The notes below the pieces were generated by a model, which saw only the letters and a list, made by a program, of their open reading frames with translations, ran no database searches and was not told where the DNA came from. From positions 32,001 through 96,000 of the IMG/VR virus record IMGVR_UViG_3300042539_000280: 64,000 nt of DNA; one strand, 5' to 3'. Position 1 is the first letter of the stretch; every line of letters starts with the position of its first letter. This document shows, piece after piece, positions 57,038-64,000 of the stretch. The position numbers were made by a program, and so were the translations under genes. The stretch comes from a virus.

Positions 57038-57256
57038 ATGGGTCACGACCGACTGGCAAATCATTATAAAACCCAGTTTGGTTTGGTTCAGCATCATAAA
57101 TGGAATTTAGATACACTTGAATCAATGATGCCCTGGGAAAGATATATCTATGTTGACCTGCTACAGGCGTGGTTACAAGAAGAAGAAAAGAAAAGAATAG
57201 ATAAAGAGAACGAACTAAAGGCACAAATGTCGTCTCTAACTAGAAGAAAGATGTAA
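57038..57256 (+). CDS. gp51: Baseplate hub assembly catalyst
   Basis: L..HYKT.F.L.QHHKW.L..LE.MMPWER.IY..LL. Confidence 0.92.
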   Translation: MGHDRLANHYKTQFGLVQHHKWNLDTLESMMPWERYIYVDLLQAWLQEEEKKRIDKENELKAQMSSLTRRKM

Positions 57257-60200
57257 ATGGCCAATAAACCTAATAAAGACGCCTTCAATAGACTAAAGAA
57301 GATGACACCTCGCCAGCGTCAGGAATTGGCACAAACTCCTGATGGCCGTTCTCTATTAGGTTTGCTTACACCTACCCAGTTTGCCGAACTATTCCCAAAG
57401 TATTATGAAAGAGGTTTACCAGACGTTTCTGGTTTCCGTGCTGCTATCTCTAAGAAGTCACAAGAGGCACAGCAAAAGTATTTCGAAGAAATTGATCAAC
57501 GCCTAGGCACAGCAAGACCAGGTAGCAAAGGTGCTGGCGGCGCCGCTGGCGGAGGAGGCGGAGGCGGTGTAGTCAAAGGACCATATTCTGCCTCACATTA
57601 TGTTGCACTATTGAAGCAGGCAGGATTCTCTGATAAAGATGCCGTATTGATGGCGGCAGTTGGTATGCAGGAATCTTCTGGTAATTTGAGAGCAGCAAAC
57701 GATAAGAATCCTGATAGAGAAAGATCATACGGTCTATTTCAGATCAATATCAATGCTCACCCTTTTAGCAGTCCAGAAATGAAATATGCTGGTGTTACCA
57801 GTGTAGAAGATTTGTATGACCCAGCAAAGAACGCCAAGGTCGCATACTATCTATATTATAAGGCCGGCGGCATTCACCATTGGGGTGGTTATACAGACGG
57901 TGGTTATAAGCAATATATGGCCGCCGCACAGGCCGCAGCAGATACACCTGCCGGTATTCCTAGTGTTGGTGCATCTACAGGCGGCGCATTGCCAGCAGGA
58001 TCATATGAATATTCTGGTGGTTATATTGTACCTAAAGATAAAACACTATACGATAAAGGTAATTCAGAACAATGCGCCACTTTAGGTAAGGCGTTCAACC
58101 CTAATGTTGGTCGTGCATCTGGTTGGGCAGGCAAAGTAAGTTTTGATCCTGGTGCTATCAAACCAGGCGTTATGCTTGCCACATTGAAATATAATGAGGG
58201 TCAGAGTAGAGAAGGCGCCGGATACCACACCGTAGTATCACTTGGTAAACCTGATAAAAACGGACAACTATGGGTATTGGAACAGTCCTCAGGTCGTCCA
58301 GCACATATCACACAAAGAAGCATTTATGATTATGCTGGTATCAAAGGTAATAACTTTGGTATCGTAGGCGGTAATGCTCAACAATCTGTAGAGGCATTGC
58401 AAGTTGGCCGCCAAATGGCCGCAGCAAGAGGTATGGATAATGTCGTCAAAGAGATTGATGGACATATCTTTGACCTATCAAATAAACCTGCCAGTGAAAA
58501 GGTTTCATCCGATCCAAAAGAGATTGAGAAGATTTCACCAACAAATGCGGCCGCAACCGCAGAGGTCAAGGCTGCTATTGCTGCGGCACCACCACAACCA
58601 ACATCTAATCAACAATCTGCCGATCTAACCAGCACATTCAATATCAGCAAGGCCGGATTCTTATCAAACATTCATGAAAACCATATGTTTGTTCCGTTCT
58701 CTGATGAAAGTCTATTACAGCAGACAAGAGACGGATTCAAAAAGGCCGGCGTACCATTCACCGAAACTGGTGACAGTATCAAGGTAAAGATTAGTCCAAA
58801 AGACCCTCGTTATCTTGATGCAATTCAGGAAATGAAGGCCAATAGTCTGCAACCAGACAAGTTTATTACCGAACAAAAGAAAGGTGCTTCTCTATCTGAT
58901 AAACTACAGCAAGAGTTTGGCGTAGCATCCGCACAAGCAAGAGAATTGGATCTATCTGATCCTGCCACAAGAGCAGCAATTCTGGAACAGCATCGTAAAG
59001 GTGGTGCTAACGTATTGCCTGAAATGCCACAAGCAACCGCTAAGGTTGATGCGGTCAAGATGCGACAAAAGATTGAACAGTATTACGGTAAACCAATCAA
59101 CGACCGTGAATATGACATGCTACTCCGTGCCACACATGGTGAGTCATCTGCAAAGAAGCATGTACCAGAAGAACATGCAATGATTATGGGTACCATTCTA
59201 AACCGTGCTAAGAGCAATAAGGGTGGTATTGAAGGTGCATTGATGGCACGTTATCAGTTCGAATCGGTTACAGGAAGAACAAAAGGTAAGTTCGCACCTA
59301 ATCCTGCATATAAGGCAGGCCCATCGGAACGCCGTATGCAGTCCATTTATGACGGTGTAATGGGTCATCTTCATAACGTATCGGAAAAGCAGAAGTATTT
59401 TACCTCAGAAGGTATCAAGAATAAGTGGCGTGACAAAATGATCCGCACCATGGATACCCAGGTAATTGCTGGTACCAGATTTGGTACCAAGTTAGGAACA
59501 GGTGCACCACCTGAAACAACGGCAGTGGCACAGGTCCAACCTCCCTCACCTACACCTCAGGTACAGGAATCTACACTAACGGAAAGAATCAAAAGAGAGA
59601 TAGCACCAGTTACCCCTGCGTATGCTGGTGAGGCACCAAAGACTTCTCCTTCAACGGAACCAAAGAGAGAGGTGAAGGCACCTACACCTACACCCACACC
59701 AGAGACTAAGGCATCAACTCCAGAGTTTCCTAAGAATAAGACTACCGAAACTCCAACACCGCCTACACGTCCAACGGCAATAGTGAAACCACCAGAACCT
59801 GTAAAGGCACCTGACGAATCCTCAACAAAGAATTTCTTGAGGTCACAAGGTATTCCTGGTGCGTCTGACGGCGGATCATTCAATGTGCCTAAAGGTAATA
59901 TTAGTTTTTATCCATTGGATAGAAAAGATGACATGGCCGCAGTTGATACAGCAACGCAAAGACCACTATTCACAGCCAAGACTGGAGAACAGATTGGTGT
60001 AGGACAGGGTAGAGTTGATGTGACACCATCACAGAGAGTAAATGGTAATTCTGTAGGTTCGGCAGGTGATGGATTGGATTCTGTTAGACATGCTATGGTA
60101 GCGGCATTTGCTGGATCGGGTCAAGGCGCCGATGTAAATGTGCGTCAACCAATTCAAAGTACCAGACCTTTCGACACAAACTTTGTCGATAATCTAACAA

Positions 60201-60319
60201 AGCAGAATAAACAACCTTGGAATAATCCTGCTTTTGAACGTGCTATGCATAGAACAAGAGGGTTTGAAAGTGGTGATCCTCTAAACAATCACTTTAGTTC
60301 CAATAACACGAACGCATAA
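57257..60319 (+). CDS. Virion-associated multi-domain peptidoglycan hydrolase in the gp29/tape-measure position
   Basis: SLT motifs QESSG / SYGLFQIN / LYDP..N; amidase-like EQC...GYHT...VLEQ; SleB-like GES...ILNR...YQFE; Pro-rich linker. Confidence 0.75.
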   Translation: MANKPNKDAFNRLKKMTPRQRQELAQTPDGRSLLGLLTPTQFAELFPKYYERGLPDVSGFRAAISKKSQEAQQKYFEEIDQRLGTARPGSKGAGGAAGGGGGGGVVKGPYSASHYVALLKQAGFSDKDAVLMAAVGMQESSGNLRAANDKNPDRERSYGLFQININAHPFSSPEMKYAGVTSVEDLYDPAKNAKVAYYLYYKAGGIHHWGGYTDGGYKQYMAAAQAAADTPAGIPSVGASTGGALPAGSYEYSGGYIVPKDKTLYDKGNSEQCATLGKAFNPNVGRASGWAGKVSFDPGAIKPGVMLATLKYNEGQSREGAGYHTVVSLGKPDKNGQLWVLEQSSGRPAHITQRSIYDYAGIKGNNFGIVGGNAQQSVEALQVGRQMAAARGMDNVVKEIDGHIFDLSNKPASEKVSSDPKEIEKISPTNAAATAEVKAAIAAAPPQPTSNQQSADLTSTFNISKAGFLSNIHENHMFVPFSDESLLQQTRDGFKKAGVPFTETGDSIKVKISPKDPRYLDAIQEMKANSLQPDKFITEQKKGASLSDKLQQEFGVASAQARELDLSDPATRAAILEQHRKGGANVLPEMPQATAKVDAVKMRQKIEQYYGKPINDREYDMLLRATHGESSAKKHVPEEHAMIMGTILNRAKSNKGGIEGALMARYQFESVTGRTKGKFAPNPAYKAGPSERRMQSIYDGVMGHLHNVSEKQKYFTSEGIKNKWRDKMIRTMDTQVIAGTRFGTKLGTGAPPETTAVAQVQPPSPTPQVQESTLTERIKREIAPVTPAYAGEAPKTSPSTEPKREVKAPTPTPTPETKASTPEFPKNKTTETPTPPTRPTAIVKPPEPVKAPDESSTKNFLRSQGIPGASDGGSFNVPKGNISFYPLDRKDDMAAVDTATQRPLFTAKTGEQIGVGQGRVDVTPSQRVNGNSVGSAGDGLDSVRHAMVAAFAGSGQGADVNVRQPIQSTRPFDTNFVDNLTKQNKQPWNNPAFERAMHRTRGFESGDPLNNHFSSNNTNA

Positions 60320-60343
60320 AAAAGCGGGGCATTTCTGCCCCGC
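60318..60343 (-). terminator. Rho-independent terminator between the converging gp32 and hydrolase genes
   Basis: GCGGGGCA-GAAA-TGCCCCGC followed by T6 on the minus strand. Confidence 0.88.
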
Positions 60344-60368
60344 CTCTCAATAATTATCTTGTAGAGTC

Positions 60369-61316
60369 TCAGTCCTCAGCCAACTTACGAAACATGGCCA
60401 AATCTTCGTCCTCGTCATCATCAGATGATGATGGTGCTGGCGTAAATACTGGCTTTGAATTTGTAAAAGGGACTTCTTCATCCTCCACAACTGGTGCTGG
60501 CTTACGAGCAACTGGTGCCTCGTCACCAAGACCGTTTACCTCGTCTAGGCGCTTCTTTAGTTCCTCATAGGTCTTGAAGTTCTTACGATCAACAATCTCC
60601 TTTAGAGAATACTCTGACTTCCAGACTGCTTCCATTTCGGAATCATCCTCTGATAGAGGTGCTGGAGCCAGAAACACCGATTCGTCATAATTAGGGAAAC
60701 TTACGTTACGACCACCAATATTGACGTTCTGACGGGTCATCTTCAACTTGAACGGCGCACCCTTCCAAAGATCGGTTGGGTTGATGCGTGGTTCGGACTC
60801 AAGGTCAGGATTCATCATCTTAGTGATCTTATCCATGATCTTCTTACCAAACTTGAATAGAAACACCTTACCCTCGGCGTCCTTATTCTGTGGATCGGAG
60901 ACCACATAGACATTAGCCACATAATGTAGACGACGCTTCTGGTCACGGGCCTGCTTTCGCTCCGGACCGTTATCATCAGTGGTGGAGTTCCAAAGTTTGG
61001 AGTTATACTCGGCAACAGGATCCTTTTCATCGAAAGTCGTTAGAGACTTTTCAATGTACCATTTACCTGTTGACTTGTTCTGGAATCCGTGATCCCAATA
61101 ACGAACCCAAGGAAGGGCATCGTCGCCGTCAACGGCAGGACCAGGTAGGAATCGGATGACTGCTAGTGCATTACCTGACTTATCGGGTGTGGGTTTCCAA
61201 TAGTTGTCAGTTTCATCACGATCAAAGTTCTTACCTCCGGGGTTATTGATCTTCTCTACTTCCTTTAGTAGATTGTCAAATTTACCAGAGTTCTTTTTTA
61301 GATTTGAAAAGTTCAT
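60369..61316 (-). CDS. gp32: Single-stranded DNA-binding protein
   Basis: W.P..DKSGN..AVIRFLP, HGFQ...GKWYIE.SLTT, GKVFLFKFGKKI, NYD.S.F; acidic tail. Confidence 0.97.
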   Translation of the reverse strand: MNFSNLKKNSGKFDNLLKEVEKINNPGGKNFDRDETDNYWKPTPDKSGNALAVIRFLPGPAVDGDDALPWVRYWDHGFQNKSTGKWYIEKSLTTFDEKDPVAEYNSKLWNSTTDDNGPERKQARDQKRRLHYVANVYVVSDPQNKDAEGKVFLFKFGKKIMDKITKMMNPDLESEPRINPTDLWKGAPFKLKMTRQNVNIGGRNVSFPNYDESVFLAPAPLSEDDSEMEAVWKSEYSLKEIVDRKNFKTYEELKKRLDEVNGLGDEAPVARKPAPVVEDEEVPFTNSKPVFTPAPSSSDDDEDEDLAMFRKLAED

Positions 61317-61355
61317 TGTATGCTCCTTGTATGAACGTTGTATAGTCGTTGTATG
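61316..61355 (-). promoter_or_regulatory. Four ATACAA repeats in the gp32 leader (candidate translational operator)
   Basis: CATACAACG-ACTATACAACG-TTCATACAAGGAGCATACA-ATG. Confidence 0.55.
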
Positions 61356-61379
61356 TCACATTACCATAACAATATAAAG

Positions 61380-61408
61380 ATTATAACAGGGGCCGAGGCC
61401 CCTGTCAA
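61380..61408 (-). promoter_or_regulatory. Perfect sigma70 promoter for gp32 (TTGACA-N17-TATAAT) whose spacer is an inverted repeat
   Basis: TTGACA-GGGGCCTCGGCCCCTGT-TATAAT. Confidence 0.8.
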
Positions 61409-61414
61409 GTGATA

Positions 61415-61594
61415 TTATAGGCCAAAAGCAACCTTTTCGATTTCTTTTCCACTTGTTCTGTGGACAACCTTATCCTTCACTATCTTAAAAGAAGGATGGT
61501 TGAGATAAAGATAGTTGATAATTTCTGCTGCCTTATCTGGGGTATTGTCCGCAATAATAAGAGCAGTAGCCTTTAGCATTTCTTCTTTAGTCAT
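61415..61594 (-). CDS. Small hypothetical protein (59 aa, not in the ORF track)
   Basis: AGGAG RBS, then MTKEEMLKATALIIADNTPDKAAEIINYLYLNHPSF...; CTAAATA late motif at 61638-61644. Confidence 0.6.
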   Translation of the reverse strand: MTKEEMLKATALIIADNTPDKAAEIINYLYLNHPSFKIVKDKVVHRTSGKEIEKVAFGL

Positions 61595-61640
61595 CGATTT
61601 CTCCTGATAAGAATACTACCTTTTATGGTAGTGTTCCTAT

Positions 61641-61967
61641 TTAGCAACCCACATTATCAACGGACATGCCAGTAACAAAATGTTCGTTCAGGGAATAGGA
61701 TAGACCACCAGTAGGAACACTGGCAACCGGAGGATCAGAAACATATCCACCGGCAGTCACAGGAGTTCCCATTACCGCACTTCCTCTTGGAATAGGACCA
61801 GTAGGCGTAGCACCACCGTAATATACTGGCGGAAAGTTCTGATAGTTCATTTCCTTCTTAGCAGCGGCATAACCATCAGCGAAACCTTCCCGATATGCCT
61901 TCTTCCATTCTTCATTATTCATCCATTCCACTCCATATCCGGATCGTTTAGATCCTCCCATTCCCAT
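61641..61967 (-). CDS. Hypothetical protein (start probably at MNNEEW)
   Basis: AYREGFADGY motif; in an operon with its neighbours. Confidence 0.55.
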   Translation of the reverse strand: MGMGGSKRSGYGVEWMNNEEWKKAYREGFADGYAAAKKEMNYQNFPPVYYGGATPTGPIPRGSAVMGTPVTAGGYVSDPPVASVPTGGLSYSLNEHFVTGMSVDNVGC

Positions 61968-62221
61968 TTACCAATGGAATCTCTGTTTGTCTGTTCAACG
62001 GCCTGGCATTCAAACTTCCGTTCCTGCCAAGTCTTTTCGTTATGATACTTTCTAGGGTTACCACACATCCAACAAGAGCAATGAAAGGCGTTTACCTTGT
62101 GTAATCTGTGCTTGTTGTTATCGTTATAATAACCATGATTGAATGTCTTGGCAATATCCAACTGGTGTTCGATATGTCTATCTTTTTGTAGGAATCTCTT
62201 TTGTCGTTTCTCTTTGCTCAT
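61919..62221 (-). CDS. Hypothetical basic protein with a CSCWMCGNPR motif
   Basis: CxCxxCGNPR putative metal-binding motif seen in many phage ORFs. Confidence 0.65.
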   Translation of the reverse strand: MSKEKRQKRFLQKDRHIEHQLDIAKTFNHGYYNDNNKHRLHKVNAFHCSCWMCGNPRKYHNEKTWQERKFECQAVEQTNRDSIGKWEWEDLNDPDMEWNG

Positions 62222-62810
62222 TCACTTTCCCTTTCAGTATGTCTTTCATCTTCACTTTATCATACTTTAGGAACGGTCTATACTTTCTGAGTTTGAGGGA
62301 GATAGGCGACCATAATGGATCGGTCACTCCCAAATGGTCATCGAATTTGGAAAAGTATGGTATAAAATCGGCGGTGATGACCATAGACTCTGGTGATATA
62401 TAGCCACCGAGATAAAGACTAATGATATAAGGATACTCGCCTGTGCTAATAGTAAAAGGCTTTGTAATGCCATTACGGAATAACCGATCCAATTCATTGG
62501 TAAACGTATATGAAATGGACTGCCTTCGGCGCAAGTAGTCGAGGTATGTATCTCTCGAATCCTGGTCCAAAAGTTCTGTAACATAATGTCTATCTTTGAG
62601 AAAGTTGGCAATATAAAAGTCCTTTAGTTCTTCTGTCTTATACTCTCTGGCCAGTTTGTCAAAGAAGGCCTTATCATGTCTTTTCTGGTATGACTCCTTG
62701 TTTGCACGGAGTTTACCATGCATTTGAAAGAAGTCATACCTCTCATTAGTGAAATGGGTCCTAAGTGCTAAGAATAGCAGATAGGCCCCATAACCGGTAA
62801 AGTGGTTCAT
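62178..62810 (-). CDS. gp59: Helicase loader
   Basis: Y...LAL..HF....YDFF...GK.......KR.D..FF.KL, ISPE, KY.PFL; lies between gp33 and gp32. Confidence 0.88.
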   Translation of the reverse strand: MNHFTGYGAYLLFLALRTHFTNERYDFFQMHGKLRANKESYQKRHDKAFFDKLAREYKTEELKDFYIANFLKDRHYVTELLDQDSRDTYLDYLRRRQSISYTFTNELDRLFRNGITKPFTISTGEYPYIISLYLGGYISPESMVITADFIPYFSKFDDHLGVTDPLWSPISLKLRKYRPFLKYDKVKMKDILKGKVNEQRETTKEIPTKR

Positions 62811-63508
62811 TTTGTTGGATTGATTTCCGCCGGTGTCGGTGCAATATAGGTATTCAGAATATTATCAGCCATTTCTTCTCTCAACTTCTGATATGCCTGA
62901 ATGAGAAGATTATCATCTTTTTTCTCAATAGGTGTTTCAAGCACCCAACCACTATTCAGAAACTTGTTCTTACGATATATCTGATCTGGGTTATTAAGTT
63001 GCTTATTGTTCCACTTGAGAACCTTATTCTTGATACAGTCAAAGGTCTCACGGTTGATATAGAGTTTATCTTCCTCAGGAACATATGACACACGGCAATG
63101 CTTATAGTCAAAGTGTGCTAATAGTTCCTCACGGGTCTCATACTTGGTGAGAATATACTGTGCGTCTGTTTTAGCATTATTAATAACGTCAAGAATGTTT
63201 GTATTGTGCATATACGACATCATTTCAGATCGACGCCATTCACCCTTTTCGACCATACGGACTTGCGCCATCGCCGAAGCACTATGATATCCCTCGGTCA
63301 AGTGGTTATAAACATCAACATCATTATTCAATACAAAGATATCAATATCTTTGAAAGGTTTGTTTTGCATAACGCTTGTAAAGAAACCACCAGCAATTAC
63401 CACGTTGCGAGTGATTCCATTCCATAGAAGGGAACGGGCGTTGATTTGAGATTTGATTGCTCTCTTGGATTCTTCAATAACACTGACTTCTTCATTATTA
63501 AACATCAT
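62807..63508 (-). CDS. Putative nucleotidyltransferase (class II CCA/poly(A)-polymerase head-like)
   Basis: IAGG.......KDIDIF and FD...C motifs. Confidence 0.6.
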   Translation of the reverse strand: MMFNNEEVSVIEESKRAIKSQINARSLLWNGITRNVVIAGGFFTSVMQNKPFKDIDIFVLNNDVDVYNHLTEGYHSASAMAQVRMVEKGEWRRSEMMSYMHNTNILDVINNAKTDAQYILTKYETREELLAHFDYKHCRVSYVPEEDKLYINRETFDCIKNKVLKWNNKQLNNPDQIYRKNKFLNSGWVLETPIEKKDDNLLIQAYQKLREEMADNILNTYIAPTPAEINPTK

Positions 63509-63517
63509 ATCACCATA

Positions 63518-63742
63518 TTAGAGAGGGAGTTGGGAGGTATTTGTTTTCTTGAGGAAGTGGAGGTCTTCCGCTTCTAACTGGACTTTGGATTTGAGGACAC
63601 CGGACACCAACTTGGCGGCCATTTCTACCTCGAATCCGTTTGCTTCGCAATACATAACGATTGCATCAATATACGGTATGTCTTTCATATAGACCATCTC
63701 CTCAATGGCCATGGAAAAGTTATTGATATCTTCGGCGTTCAT
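63518..63742 (-). CDS. gp33: Late transcription coactivator
   Basis: F...IE..V......YIDAI..YCE.N..E.E...KL.S..LK.K...EA..L.FL......LPL. Confidence 0.93.
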   Translation of the reverse strand: MNAEDINNFSMAIEEMVYMKDIPYIDAIVMYCEANGFEVEMAAKLVSGVLKSKVQLEAEDLHFLKKTNTSQLPL

Positions 63743-63751
63743 TCTATATCC

Positions 63752-64000
63752 TTACCAATTTAAGATTAGTTCACTTGTTGTATTCTTTCTGAGGACACCT
63801 CTAGGAAAGAAGTCAAACACTAAACAATAAAGAGTTTCATTTGATTCATTGATATCTGCGGAATGATTGATATTGGACGGAAAAAATATTAGTTTATTTG
63901 TTTCGGGAATTACATCATATGCTTTGCAATTGAATAAGTTCCAATTATTGATCAATAATTCAATGGTAGGAGGAGGTTGTTCGGGTCTATGTAAGTTCAA
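63752..64000 (-). CDS. 2OG-Fe(II) oxygenase-like protein (C-terminal part; 5' end outside the window)
   Basis: P....LIFFPS.I.H....N.S...Y...F.FF motif. Confidence 0.6.
   Translation of the reverse strand: MNLHRPEQPPPTIELLINNWNLFNCKAYDVIPETNKLIFFPSNINHSADINESNETLYCLVFDFFPRGVLRKNTTSELILNW

Noticed and set aside
1-64000. tRNA, rRNA, gp24, hoc/soc
   Set aside because: No cloverleaf or recognisable sequence seen; intergenic gaps are very short. Absence of gp24 here is common in non-enteric T4-like phages, and it could lie outside the window.

Overview
This window is the core morphogenesis and replication region of a large T4-like (Tevenvirinae/Kyanoviridae-style) myovirus, almost all on the minus strand. 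In window order it holds gp55 (partial), uvsW, uvsY, gp3, the head genes gp23-22-21, a block of prohead-core/internal proteins and gp20. Next come gp19-18-17, a nuclease-less homing-endonuclease-like insert, gp16, a fibre cassette, gp15-14-13, a large modular fibre/adhesin cluster, the baseplate genes (VrlC/DUF4815-like, gp8, gp7-like, gp6, gp25, split gp5, gp27-like, gp53), gp2 and gp4. A plus-strand block follows (gp48, gp54, gp26, gp51, a multi-domain cell-wall hydrolase), then gp32, gp59 and gp33. Late promoters read (C/A)TAAATA; three near-consensus sigma70 promoters are visible. Most notable: (1) an antisense sigma70 promoter firing into a non-coding A/C tract with two GC-GNA(A)-GC mini-hairpins, a candidate origin or sRNA; (2) a portal gene that can only start at a non-canonical codon, probably AUA; (3) strong TTAA avoidance that is absent from AT-rich accessory genes; (4) a putative protease-processed internal-head polyprotein; (5) a structured RNA leader on the nuclease-less NUMOD3 gene; (6) a daisy-chained fibre system with polyglycine adhesins and an adjacent 2OG-Fe(II) oxygenase; (7) a split, lysozyme-less gp5 paired with a triple peptidoglycan hydrolase. 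All calls come from recognising motifs and synteny by eye; no searches were run.
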